A stretch of 35,054 nt of DNA from an uncultured bacterium (GTDB taxonomy: Bacteria > Lernaellota > Lernaellaia > Lernaellales > Lernaellaceae). Positions 16,697 to 28,507 of the stretch are shown here, piece after piece. The translations under genes and the position numbers were made by a program. Each line of letters begins with the position of its first letter. The stretch's first letter is position 1. The DNA is taken from contig CAZHPN010000049.1 of the NCBI GenBank assembly GCA_964534375.1, forward strand, positions 1 to 35,054, given 5' to 3'. A model generated the notes under the pieces. The model was given only the letters and a program-made list of their open reading frames with translations. It was not told the origin of the DNA and searched no databases.

Positions 16697-18376
16697 TCAC
16701 CCGGCCGGAATCGCAAAGCTGAACGTGCTGCCGCGTCCCTCGCCGTCGCTATCGACCCAGATTCGCCCGCCGTGAAGTTCGACGATCCGGCGGGCCAGCG
16801 CCAAACCCAAACCTGTTCCCTGGTGTTGCCGCGCAATGCCGGAATCGACCTGTTCGAACGCCTCGAAAATCCGCGACCGATTCGCCGCGTTTACGCCGAT
16901 GCCGTTGTCGGCTACGGAAAATATGATTTCGCCGTCCTGCTGCGTCGCGCCGACCGCAATGGAACCGCCGTCCGGCGAAAATTTCACCGCGTTCGACAGC
17001 AGGTTGTAAAGGACCTGCCGCAGTTTGTGTTCGTCGGCCTGGATGACGCGGGCGCCCACCTGCGGACGCAGATTCAACGCCAAGTCGATGCCGTGCGACG
17101 CCGCCCGGTCGCGAATCATAATCACTGCGCCGGCCAGCAGGTCGTCGATCCGCATTGGCGCCCGCGCCAATGTCATCGTTCCGGATTCGATTTTCGAAAG
17201 ATCCAGAACATCGTTGATCAACCGCAGCAGATGCCGGCCGCTGAACAGAATGCTCTCCACATACTGCGCCTGTTGGCTGTTGAGTTCACCCGCCAGGCGG
17301 TCCCGGATGACTTGCGCGAAGCCGAGGATCGCATTCAGCGGCGTCCGCAGTTCGTGGCTCATCGTCGCCAGGAACTCGCTTTTCGCCCGGTCGGCGGCCT
17401 GCGCGCGCTGTTCGGCCAGACGGCGCTCGGTGACGTCGCGAGAGCACCCGACCGCCCCGGCCACCCTGCCTTGCGGATCGCGCAACACGGCAGCGGTCGC
17501 CGCAATGTAAGCGCCGGCGCCGTTGCGAAAGCGCGGCACAAAAAAATCGGCGGAAAGGGAATCGCCGTCGCGCTGGAATTCGGCGTACTTCGCTTCGATC
17601 GCCGCGTCGGGCCGCAGCGCCAGATCGATCAGCATGGGCCGCCGTTCGCCCCAAATCGCCACTGAATATTCGTAATTTCCCTTGCCGAGCATGTCCGCCG
17701 CGGGGACGCCGCTCAGCCTTTCCATCGCGCGGTTCCAGGCGATCACCTCGCCGTCGACGTTGATCACCATCGTCGCTTCCGGCAGAAAATCGATGATATC
17801 GGCGAGGCGTTGCCGCGATTCGAATGCGGCGGCCTCCGCCTCGACCTGCGCGGAAATGTCGACGGCGACGCCGCGCCACTTGAGGGGATTGCCGTCGGCG
17901 TCGCGAAGCAATTTCGCCCGATCCAGCCACACGGCATACCCGCCGTCTTTGCGGCGCACGCGCATGGGCGCGACATACGGCGAGCCGGCGGCAAAACTTT
18001 GCCTCGCCATCTCCACCGAACGCGCCAAATCGTCCGGATGGATCAAATCGGCCCAGGCTTCCATCGTGCGTGGATATTCGCTCGGCCGATACCCCATCGG
18101 CGAATCAACTTCGTCGTAAAACTCTGCGGTTCCGGAAAGAAAATCGCGTTCATAGACGAGCGCGCCGGCGAGTTCCGCGGCCGTACGAAAGCGGCTTTCG
18201 TTCTGCGCGAGCGCCGCCGCCGCGACGCTCAGGCGATTCCACTCGGCTGACAACTCGTCGAGGAGCGCGGCGGCGTCGGCCGCCGTGGCGGGCCGGCCGA
18301 TGGCCTCGCGGAGCGCGGCGAGCCGCGTGCGGCATGCCGCCAACATCTCGGCGAACGGGCGGCCCTCATCTCTCAT
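16697..18376 (-). CDS. Cytoplasmic PAS-PAS sensor histidine kinase
   Basis: ATG 18376 overlaps the upstream TGA (ATGA); PAS/PAC motifs IHPDD, RRKDGG, WNRAMERLSG, DVTERR; H-box MSHELRTPLN; NLLSNAVKF, DNGIG, GTGLGL; no TM segment. Confidence 0.93.
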   Translation of the reverse strand: MRDEGRPFAEMLAACRTRLAALREAIGRPATAADAAALLDELSAEWNRLSVAAAALAQNESRFRTAAELAGALVYERDFLSGTAEFYDEVDSPMGYRPSEYPRTMEAWADLIHPDDLARSVEMARQSFAAGSPYVAPMRVRRKDGGYAVWLDRAKLLRDADGNPLKWRGVAVDISAQVEAEAAAFESRQRLADIIDFLPEATMVINVDGEVIAWNRAMERLSGVPAADMLGKGNYEYSVAIWGERRPMLIDLALRPDAAIEAKYAEFQRDGDSLSADFFVPRFRNGAGAYIAATAAVLRDPQGRVAGAVGCSRDVTERRLAEQRAQAADRAKSEFLATMSHELRTPLNAILGFAQVIRDRLAGELNSQQAQYVESILFSGRHLLRLINDVLDLSKIESGTMTLARAPMRIDDLLAGAVIMIRDRAASHGIDLALNLRPQVGARVIQADEHKLRQVLYNLLSNAVKFSPDGGSIAVGATQQDGEIIFSVADNGIGVNAANRSRIFEAFEQVDSGIARQHQGTGLGLALARRIVELHGGRIWVDSDGEGRGSTFSFAIPAG

Positions 18377-20163
18377 CCTTGTTCCGCCGTCGCCGGGAGG
18401 CATTTGGCCGGGGGAAAAACGCGATTTCGGCCGGCGCGTTTGGCTTCGTACAAGCGCTGGTCGACGGCCTCGACGAGATCCTGCGGCAGGTGCATTTCCC
18501 GCGTCGCCTGCGCGACGCCGATCGACACGCTCACCGACGCCCGCGTCACGGCTTTCTCGCCGTCGAAAACGAAGGGCGTTTCGGCGATGGCGGCGCGCAG
18601 CCGTTCGGCCGTCTCGCCGGCTTCCAGTTCGCCCATTTCGGGCATGAGCAAGACAAACTCCTCGCCGCCCCAGCGGCAAAACGTATCCTCCGCCCGGACC
18701 TGCCGCGCCACCAGCAGACCGAGTTGCGCCAGCACGCGATCGCCGGCGAGGTGACCGTAGCCGTCGTTGAGTTCCTTAAAATGATCGATGTCGATCATCA
18801 ACAGCGACACCGGCCGGCCGTAGCGGAAAAAACGGCGCATTTCGCGGTTGAATTCCCGCTCGAAAAACGACCGGTTGTACGCGCCGGTCAGATTGTCGGT
18901 GGTCATCAACCGGTAAATTTCCTGGTGATACGCGTGCTCGACGTTGGCCCCCGACAGAAATTTGAAAATGTTCCGGCCGACCGAAACCTGCTCGCCGTCG
19001 CGCAGCACATGCGCCGTGACCGCCTTGCCGTTGACGTAGGTGCCGTTCGTCGAGTTCCGATCGTACAAGAGGATGCCGTCGGCGTGCGGCGCCAGCCGGC
19101 AATGAAAGCGCGAGACGTTGTCGTCGGCCAGTTGCACGGTGTTTTCGTGCGAACGGCCGATCGAAAGCGCCTCGCTGCCGATTTCATAGCGCCGTCCCAG
19201 ATATTCGCCGTGAATGACCACGAGGTAATCGCTCTCGCTGCGCTTCGACGCGGCGAACGACCAGCCGGCGGCGGCCGTCGTGACGCCGGACGGGTCGACG
19301 CGCGAGGCGCCGCTGTCGACCGGGGCGGCGCCGGCGGCGGTGGGCGATTTTTTCTCGTCGCCGTTCTTGTCTGCGAGCGCGACGGTTCTCCGGCGCAACG
19401 GCGAACTGTCGGCAATGACGTAGACTGCCGACTGCTCCATCAGTTCGGCGCGCAGGCCCAGCCGTTGGACTTCCGCGAAAATTTCCGCGGCGTGCTTCGG
19501 ATGCATGTGCATCGTCAGGATGTCGACGTCGCGCCGGATTTTGCGCACATCCGCGGCGGCGGCAGACGACGAGTAGTGCCCGGTCAACTCGGCGTGCCGG
19601 TCGTAACGGTCCGGGAAGGAAATGTCGATCACGACCGTGTGAATCCGCGGGTTGGCGGCCACCGCTTGCCAGATCGCGTCGGTGGCGCGCGTATCGGTGA
19701 CGTAGGCGAACGCGGCGTCCGGGCCCTCGATCGCAAACGCGGCGCAACGCACGGGATGGTTGAGGTCGATCGCAGTAACCTGGTACGGACCCAGTTGTTC
19801 GGCCCGGCCGGCTTCCAGCGGCAGATAGCGCAGCGCCGGCGGCTCGCCGATCTGCGCGAAATCCGGCCAGACGACGCCGTTGAAGACGTGGCGGCGCAGC
19901 GAATCGAGCGCGTCCGGCAAGCCGGCGACGGTCAGCGGCGCCATGCGCGCGTCGTGCCGCGCCGGCAGCAGGCTCGGAAGTTCTTTGACGTGGTCCAAAT
20001 GGGCGTGCGACAGGACAAGCCACCGCACGCCGGCCAGATCGCTTTCGTCGAGCGCCGAACCGATCGTGCCGCCGTCGACAAGGAGCTGGCCGTCGACCAG
20101 AAAACCCGGCGAACCTGTCTGGGGGGTTAATCTTCCGAAACACCCCAGAACCCGCAAATCCAT
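18373..20163 (-). CDS. Fusion: class II (MBL-fold) cyclic-nucleotide phosphodiesterase - FHA - GGDEF diguanylate cyclase
   Basis: GAGAGGAG then ATG at 20163. MBL part: VLGCFG, LVDGGT, SHAHLDH, LNHPV, TDT, SFP, TGH, HMHP. FHA: IGR, VSRFH, STNGTYVNG. GGDEF: DNLTGAYNR, DIDHFKELNDGYGHLAGD, RAED I-site, RWGGEEF. Confidence 0.9.
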   Translation of the reverse strand: MDLRVLGCFGRLTPQTGSPGFLVDGQLLVDGGTIGSALDESDLAGVRWLVLSHAHLDHVKELPSLLPARHDARMAPLTVAGLPDALDSLRRHVFNGVVWPDFAQIGEPPALRYLPLEAGRAEQLGPYQVTAIDLNHPVRCAAFAIEGPDAAFAYVTDTRATDAIWQAVAANPRIHTVVIDISFPDRYDRHAELTGHYSSSAAAADVRKIRRDVDILTMHMHPKHAAEIFAEVQRLGLRAELMEQSAVYVIADSSPLRRRTVALADKNGDEKKSPTAAGAAPVDSGASRVDPSGVTTAAAGWSFAASKRSESDYLVVIHGEYLGRRYEIGSEALSIGRSHENTVQLADDNVSRFHCRLAPHADGILLYDRNSTNGTYVNGKAVTAHVLRDGEQVSVGRNIFKFLSGANVEHAYHQEIYRLMTTDNLTGAYNRSFFEREFNREMRRFFRYGRPVSLLMIDIDHFKELNDGYGHLAGDRVLAQLGLLVARQVRAEDTFCRWGGEEFVLLMPEMGELEAGETAERLRAAIAETPFVFDGEKAVTRASVSVSIGVAQATREMHLPQDLVEAVDQRLYEAKRAGRNRVFPPAKCLPATAEQG

Positions 20164-20239
20164 CGTCGTGCTCCTCTCTGATCGAAACCGGCCGCGGCGC
20201 CCGGCGCCCGGCGTGTTAGCCAATGGACAACGCCCGCAT

Positions 20240-21717
<1,478 letters not shown>

Positions 21718-21721
<4 letters not shown>

Positions 21722-24700
21722 GATGGGATCACCTCGCTGTCGCTCGCGCCGCCCCGATTCCAGACATCGAGAAACTCCTGCCAATTCGCATCCGGAAGCA
21801 GGCGATACAGCATGATCTCGCCGTCGATGTTCTTCAGGTTGAATTTGCCGGCTTTCTCGAAACTTCGGCTGGGCAGGTAATCGCAGACCTCGCCCGACAC
21901 ATAGGCGCAGCCGGGTTCGCAAGCGGATTCGATCCGCGACGCCAAATTCACGGCCGGCCCGACCGCGGTGAAATCGAGGCGCCGCTGATTGCCGAAATTT
22001 CCCACGACGACCGGCCCGTGGTGAATGCCGATCCGCATCCGCAGTTCGGGCAGTTCCTGCTCTTTCCATGCGGCGTTCAGCTTGCCCATCGCTCGCTGCA
22101 TCGCCACGGCGCAGGCGGCGGCGCGCGTCGCCTGCTGCGCGGGATTCATGACGACGGGCGCGCCGAAGATCACCATCACGGAATCGCCGATGAACTTGTC
22201 GATCGTGCCGCCGTACACGAAGATGACCTCAATCATCGCGTCGAGATACTCGTTGAGCATCCGCGCCATCTCCTGGGCCCGCAGGTCGGCCGCCGCCTTG
22301 GTGAATTTTTCGAGATCGGTGAACAGAATCGTGACCGGCAGATTCTGCGGCTTTTCTTCGAGGCCCGTTTGCCCCGAGATGATTTGCTCGACCAGCGACG
22401 GGGGGAGATAACGCTTGAGCACGTTTTCGCGCATGTGGCGGTTCAATTGGTCGACTTCCTTTTCTTTGCGCACCAATTTCAGCAAAATGCCGATGCGCGC
22501 CGCCAATTCCCTCGGGTTGAACGGCTTGGCGAGGAAGTCGTGGGCGCCTTCCAGCAAGCCCTCGACTTTCATATCCTCCGAGGCCTTGGCCGTCAACACG
22601 ATCACGGGAATGCGCCGGGTCTCCGGCGCCTCCGCCAACGCCCGGATCAGCGCGTAGCCGTCCATTTTCGGCATCATCACATCCGTCAGAATCAAGTCCG
22701 GCCGCAACTCCTTCGCCTTGCGCAGCCCTTCCTCGCCGTCGCCGGCTTCTTGCACGCGGAAATGCCGCCGCAACGTCTCTTTGATGTACGCGCGCATGTC
22801 GCGGTTGTCCTCGACGATCAAAATCAATTCGGCCGACTCGGGCGCCAGCGACGGCTCGGCCGCGACCTCCGTATCTTCCAGTTCCGCTTTGGCCAACGCG
22901 GCGGTGGTCGCGGCCTCGCCCCCGGGGAGCAGCGCCGCGCGGCTCGCGGCGCCGGCCTCGCCGGACAACGGGACGGCCTCGCCGTCCGCCGCCAGGTCGT
23001 CCGGTTCGTAGTGTTCCTTGCCGAGGCGCAGTGCGATGGTGAAGGTGGCGCCGATGTTGACTTCGCTCTCGACTTCCACGCGTCCGCCATGGAGATCGAC
23101 ATACTCTTTGACCAGCGACAGGCCGATGCCGGTGCCGCCGAACTCGCGCGTCGACGATCCGTCGGCCTGCCGGAAGCGCTCGAAAATGAACGGCAGTTGA
23201 TCGGCCGGAATTCCCTGGCCGGTGTCGGTGAAGCGGACGAGCGCCTCTTTGCCGTCGTGAGCGACCCCGACGCGGATCTTGCCGCCGTCCGCCGTGAATT
23301 TGAACGCATTGGACAGCAGGTTGAAAAAGACTTTCTCGATTTTCTCGAGGTCGGCGTAAATGATGAGTTCTTCGTCGTCGTGGACGAAATCGAACTGGAT
23401 TTTTTTGCGGGCGGCCAACGATTCGAACGCCGCCACGACCTGCGCGAGCATTTTCACCAAATCGATCGCTTGCACCTTCAGCCGCATCTTCCCGGCTTCC
23501 AGTTTGGACAGATCGAGGAGTTGGTTGATCAACCGCAGGAGACGTTGCGAATTGCGCAGCATGATCTGCGTCTGGTCGAACGAGACGGGCGTGAACCGCC
23601 CGCCGTCCGTGCCGAGCGACGCGGTCAACGGACCGAGGATCAAAGTCAACGGGGTGCGAAATTCGTGACTGATGTTCTGAAAGAGGGTCGTTTTCTGGCG
23701 GTCCAGTTCCTGCAACTGGACATTCTTCTTTTTCAGTTCGCGGGTCTTCGCTTCCACCTCGTGCTGCAAGTTGGTCGACAAGTGCTCCGCGGTGCGGAAG
23801 GCCGTCGCCGAGCGGTTCGCCAGCACGATGGCGTTGAGCAGGATGAAGGCGAGGCCGCCGTGCTGGACCATGTTGCTGGCCGTATTGAAGCCCCAGTCGT
23901 GAAAGACGTCGTTGATCACGCCCGCGAAGAGCAGGACAAAGCCGACGGAGACGATCCACGAGCCTTGCCGCCGGTGAATCACCGCGCGGACGACGCCGAC
24001 CATGACAAATGCGCCGAAACTGAGCAGCGCCAGTGCGATCGACATCTGGTACACGGGCAACGCCGCCGAAAACAAACTGAGCGGCACGAAAACCGGGTAC
24101 AAGAACTCGACGAGCACGACGATCCGCGAAATTCGGACCACCCGCGGCGAAAATTCCTGGGGAAACAAAACGCCGAAAAAGGCCAGCGCGAGCACGCCCA
24201 GGGTCGGCCCCATGTACTCGAGCTTGAACCGCAAGGCGAAAACATCGAGGTTGGGGAACGTCCGCTCCAAGAAGAAATTGAGCGTCGCCATGCGCATCAG
24301 GATGCCGGTGCAGAACAACGCAAAATAGAGCGGCGAAAGGTCTTCGCGCCGGCCGAGAAAGAAAAACACGTGATACAGAATCAGCAGAATGTAAACGCCG
24401 ATGACCAGCGTGTTCCACAGATTCGTGCGCCAAATCTGGCTCTGCAATTGGTCCAGGCTGCCGAGGCGCGGGCTGTCGGTCATACCGCCGATCAGGCGGT
24501 CGAAGTTGGCCCCGCGCACGGCGATGACCATTTCCCGTTGTCCGCGATTCAGCGAAATCGGCGCCATGTGCGGCATCAAGTCGGGGCGGTACTGGTCGCG
24601 CGCGCCGGCGACCTGACCGGCGGCGAACCAGCGCGCGCCGTCGACGTACACTTCGGACGCCGAATTGAACGGCAGCAAGTCCATGGCCAGCGGCGCCGCC

Positions 24701-25068
24701 GACGCGGGCCGCTGCGGCAGCAGGATGAGCAGACGCATCCAAACCAGTCCGAACCGCGATCCGACCTTGCCGCCGAAACCTTTCTGCGAGTCGACCGTCT
24801 GCCAGCCGGAGTCGTCGAAGTCGACGCCCGCGAAGCTCGGATCGTCGTGACTCCAGTCCAATCGCCACGCGCCGCGAAGATCGGCCGGACCGTCTTCGTA
24901 GAAATTCCAATGGGAAAGGTCGATGGTTCCGTCGCGCGCGGCAGGACGGGCCCCCGCGGGCGGTGACGCGCGGCAGGAGACCGCTAGAACGACCAACGCG
25001 AGCAGCGCGAGACCCCGCCATGCACGGGCGGCGCCGAATCGTGGATGGTGGTCGACACGGGATTCCAC
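21718..25068 (-). CDS. Membrane sensor: extracellular beta-sandwich - 7TM (7TMR-DISM-like) - His kinase - REC - class III adenylate cyclase
   Basis: GGAGGG then GTG at 25068 (25095 alternative); signal with LAVSC; sensor DLRGAW, DDSGWQTV, VYVDG; seven TM segments; H-box SHEFRTPL; NLLSNAFKF, DTGQG, GTGIGL; REC VEDN, TDVMMP, AKPF; cyclase LFTD, DKFIGD, RIGIHHGPVVVG, DFTAVG, VNLASRIE. Confidence 0.93.
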
Positions 25069-25325
25069 GCGACTCCCTCCCCGGAAAAAGCACACCCACC
25101 CCTTGCCCCGGCCCTCGCCGGAGAAGGGTTATTTTTTGGAAAGACCGTCGCCTTTTGCTCGGTCTCCCGTTTTTTTCAAGGGATTCGAGTATAAAATAGC
25201 GCACCGAGAAAAAAAAGCCCCGTGTTCTACGAATTTACAAAGATCGGCGGTTAAGGTAGTAGTAACAAACCTGCTGGGAAACGGCCGCCGTCCGTCCAGG
25301 ACGGCCCATTATGGGGGGAACGTTC

Positions 25326-28001
25326 ATGATGGATTATCAAAAGTTCTTCAACTTGTCCGCCGCGCCGCAAATTCCCAAATCCGCCCAAGGCCGGCGCGAC
25401 GCGTATTTCCGCGCCATGCCGGAGATTTGCATCGAACGCGCGGCGCTGGTGACGAAATACCACGTCGACCACGAGTTGCTGGGGAAGAAAAAGATCTCCG
25501 TCCGCGACAAGGCCAGGGCGTATCACTACGTGCAGGAGAACCGGACGGCGGTCGTCTGGCACACGTCCGCCATGGAAAAGACCGCGACCGGCCCAGCGCC
25601 GTTCGCGCTGGCAAAAGACCTGGTCGACGAGTCGCCGCTGGCCGGGTCGACGACGTCCAAGTTCAAAGGAATACCGCTCTTCCCGGAATTCATGGCGTTG
25701 TCGATCTGGCCGGAGTTGTACACGATCTCGACGCGCGCGGCCAATCCGCATTACCTCGACACTGCGCCGAAGAGCGACGGCCAACCCTCGGACGCCGAGC
25801 GGCTCGATCGCGAAATCTTCGCGCCCTGGATGAACGACACCGTCCTGGAGCTGGCCCGCGCCCAGCACGACCCGTACATCCATCAACCGAATTTGTCGTT
25901 GTTCGAGCACATGCAGTACGCCGTTTTTTACGCCACGACCAAGATTGAATGCATCTCCCACACCATCCCCACTTTCCAGCGCGCCGTGCGCCGCGGCGTC
26001 GCCGCGATGATCGCCGACGCGGAAGCCGCGGCCGCCGCCGCGACCGACCCCGAGAAGAGCGAATTTTTTCAGGCGGTCGCCATCGCGCTCGACGGCATCC
26101 TCGTGTACGCCGAACGCCTCGCGGCCAAGGCCGAAGCGATGGCGCAGGTCGAGACGGACGCCGGACGGCGCGAGAAATTGTCGGAAATTGCGGCGCGTTA
26201 CCGCCGCGTTCCGCGTCAACCCGCGGAATCGTTCCGCGACGGCGTCACGACCGTCTGGCTTTGCTGGTCGTCGATCCTGCAAGAAAACCAGAACGTCGGG
26301 ATCAGCCTCGGGCGGCTCGACCAACTGTTGCACCCGCTGCTGCAAAAGGAACTCGCCAACGCCGCGTCCGCCGCCGACCAGAAGCGCGTCCTCGACGACG
26401 CTTTCGAGCTGCTGTGCCATTTCTGGCTGAAAATCGGCGACCACGTGCCGATGATGCCGGAAGCCGGCGAACAACTTTACGGCGGCGCCGGGTCGAACCA
26501 GGCGATCACCATCGGCGGCGTGAACTACGCGGACGGCAAGCCCGTCGACGCGGTCAACGATTTGACCTATTTGATGCTCGACGCGACCGAGGCCATGAAG
26601 CTGCGCGATCCGAACTTGAACGCCCGCTACCATACGGACGTCAACGACGAGGTTTACCTGCGCCGCGTCATCCTTTCCAACATCAACACCCGCGCCACGC
26701 CGGCGGTGCACAACGACAAGGCCGTCATCAAGATGCTGCAGGACAAAGGCGCAACGCCCGCGCACGCGATGGATTACGGCATCGTCGGTTGCGTCGAACC
26801 GGTTAGCGCCGGGCGCCATTACGGCCACACGGGGTCGGTGTTGATCAACCTGCCGGCGGTGCTGGAGTGGACCTTCTACAACGGCCGGCACCGGCACACG
26901 GGCCTTGGCGCGGACGACCCGGTCATCGGCGCGCCGACCGGCGACCCGCGAAAATTCGCCGACTTCGAGCAGTTCATGACCGCGTTCGAGAAACAGATCG
27001 ACAAGATGGTCGACGACGTCGTGACGCTCAACAACTGGCTCGGTGAAACGCATCAACACTATTATCCGACGCCCACGCTGTCCGCGCTGTTCGAGGGACC
27101 GATGGACAAGGGGATGGACGTGATCATGGGCGGCGCCACGTACAACTCGTCGGGAATGGCGATCATCGGCCTGGCGGACGCGGCCGATTCGCTGGCGTCG
27201 ATCGCCGAGGTCGTTTTCGCGAACGGCCGCAATCGCTTCGGCGAACTCCTCGCCGCGCTCGACCCGGCGTCCAACGGCGCCGGCCACGACGCGCTGTTCG
27301 CCGAACTCGCCCGGCCCGAGCGCCGCTACGGCCGGCAGGGCTCGGCCGGGACCGCCCTCGCCGCGCGCATCGCCGCGAAACTCGACGCGGAGTTCGGCAA
27401 GCGCAAAAATTACCGCGGCGGCGATTATCGCGTCGGCTATTACTCGGTCACCAGCCATGCGGCGTACGGCCTGCTCACCGGCGCCTTGCCGAGCGGCCGC
27501 AAGAACAAGGCGCCCCTGGCCAGCGGCATCACGCCCGAGTCGAATACGCCGGTCGCCCTCACCGAGACGTTGGCGTCGGTCGGTTCGCTGCCCGCGACGG
27601 CGCTGGGCAACGGCTTCGCGCTCAACATCAGCTTCGCGCCGTTCGCCGACACGCCGGCGACCGAACAGCGGTGCATGGATTACGTCAAGGGCTATTTCGC
27701 GGCGCCGGGAACGCCCAGCGCGGCCCCGCAACCGGGCGGCCTGGAAGTGCAGTTCAACATGATGGGGCGCGAGGCGCTGCGCCAGGCCCTGGCGCACCCG
27801 GATCCGCATCTGCTGGTGCGGGTCTCGGGCTACACGGCGTATTTCAAAGACCTCAGTGCGACCATGCAGCAGGAGGTCATCACGCGGACGGAATACGGCT
27901 ATGCCGCGGGGCAAGTCATCCCAATTGCCGCGAGCAAGGGGGGAGCGCCCCGCGGGCCAGCCCTCCCTTTCGGCCAGAAACAGGGGGGAAACACGCCATG
28001 A
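25326..28001 (+). CDS. Glycyl radical enzyme, Cys-Val-Glu (eliminase-like) type, substrate unknown
   Basis: PEICIERA, SLGRLDQ, ITIGG, GCVEP (Cys codon at 26790), GALPSGR, QFN, LLVRVSGY (Gly codon at 27828), QEVITRT. Start could be 25311, 25326 or 25329. Confidence 0.93.
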   Translation: MMDYQKFFNLSAAPQIPKSAQGRRDAYFRAMPEICIERAALVTKYHVDHELLGKKKISVRDKARAYHYVQENRTAVVWHTSAMEKTATGPAPFALAKDLVDESPLAGSTTSKFKGIPLFPEFMALSIWPELYTISTRAANPHYLDTAPKSDGQPSDAERLDREIFAPWMNDTVLELARAQHDPYIHQPNLSLFEHMQYAVFYATTKIECISHTIPTFQRAVRRGVAAMIADAEAAAAAATDPEKSEFFQAVAIALDGILVYAERLAAKAEAMAQVETDAGRREKLSEIAARYRRVPRQPAESFRDGVTTVWLCWSSILQENQNVGISLGRLDQLLHPLLQKELANAASAADQKRVLDDAFELLCHFWLKIGDHVPMMPEAGEQLYGGAGSNQAITIGGVNYADGKPVDAVNDLTYLMLDATEAMKLRDPNLNARYHTDVNDEVYLRRVILSNINTRATPAVHNDKAVIKMLQDKGATPAHAMDYGIVGCVEPVSAGRHYGHTGSVLINLPAVLEWTFYNGRHRHTGLGADDPVIGAPTGDPRKFADFEQFMTAFEKQIDKMVDDVVTLNNWLGETHQHYYPTPTLSALFEGPMDKGMDVIMGGATYNSSGMAIIGLADAADSLASIAEVVFANGRNRFGELLAALDPASNGAGHDALFAELARPERRYGRQGSAGTALAARIAAKLDAEFGKRKNYRGGDYRVGYYSVTSHAAYGLLTGALPSGRKNKAPLASGITPESNTPVALTETLASVGSLPATALGNGFALNISFAPFADTPATEQRCMDYVKGYFAAPGTPSAAPQPGGLEVQFNMMGREALRQALAHPDPHLLVRVSGYTAYFKDLSATMQQEVITRTEYGYAAGQVIPIAASKGGAPRGPALPFGQKQGGNTP

Positions 28002-28495
28002 ACGACGTAAAAAAACCGACCATGGCCGGCGGCAAGAAATCGATCCTGGACCGTTTGAAAAAGGATCTGGAAAAGCTGAAAGAGGAAGCGGAAAACTTCG
28101 GCGTCGAAGAGGCAGTGATTGCGCTGCTGGACGCGATGGCGGCCTACTATGACCTGACGGGCGCGCATAACACGAGCATCGCGAACTTCAACGGCGTCTG
28201 CGTCATTCGCACGCGCCAGGCTTCCGACCATATCGCCGCGTCCGCCGAATTTGCGAACGGCCGCATGTCCGTGTATAGAGGGGAACGGAAGCCGTGGCAG
28301 GTTTGCATCACGTTTGTCGACGCCGACGCCTTGTGGGCGTTTTTGATTTCCGGCGCCGCCGACGTGCTCGATCTGCTGTTGAAGAATTCGGCCCAGATCG
28401 AAGGAAATGCAAATTACTTCTACCGCTTTGGTTTTCTCGCGCGCGAGTTGGTGCGCGAGACCGGCTTCGATCGGTTTCTGCCGAAATCCGCGTGA
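27998..28495 (+). CDS. SCP2 (sterol carrier protein-2)-like protein, 165 aa
   Basis: ATG 27998 overlaps the GRE stop (ATGA). The pattern FANGRMSVYRG...VCITFVDADALWAFLISG...LLKNSAQIEGNANYFYRF resembles SCP2 folds; Lys/Glu-rich N-terminal helix. Fold assigned by eye. Confidence 0.7.
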   Translation: MNDVKKPTMAGGKKSILDRLKKDLEKLKEEAENFGVEEAVIALLDAMAAYYDLTGAHNTSIANFNGVCVIRTRQASDHIAASAEFANGRMSVYRGERKPWQVCITFVDADALWAFLISGAADVLDLLLKNSAQIEGNANYFYRFGFLARELVRETGFDRFLPKSA

Positions 28496-28507
28496 GCGTT
28501 TCAGCCG

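Noticed and set aside
14778..16700. Apparent 640-aa barrel protein with a long N-terminal extension; likewise extended starts at 18679, 20223, 22069, 27671, 7606 and 8922
   Set aside because: The extensions overlap neighbouring genes or lack an RBS; downstream starts give signal peptides, RBSs or ATGA coupling.
25255..25310. Possible c-di-GMP-I riboswitch upstream of the GRE (CAAACC...GAAA)
   Set aside because: The downstream GACGCAAAGC-like segment and second stem are missing; only a 7-bp hairpin (25287-25305) is supportable.
25326..28001. Naming the GRE pflB, cutC, hypD or bssA
   Set aside because: No CC pair, no fumarate-adding loop or small subunits, and no supporting context genes; substrate residues cannot be verified without an alignment.
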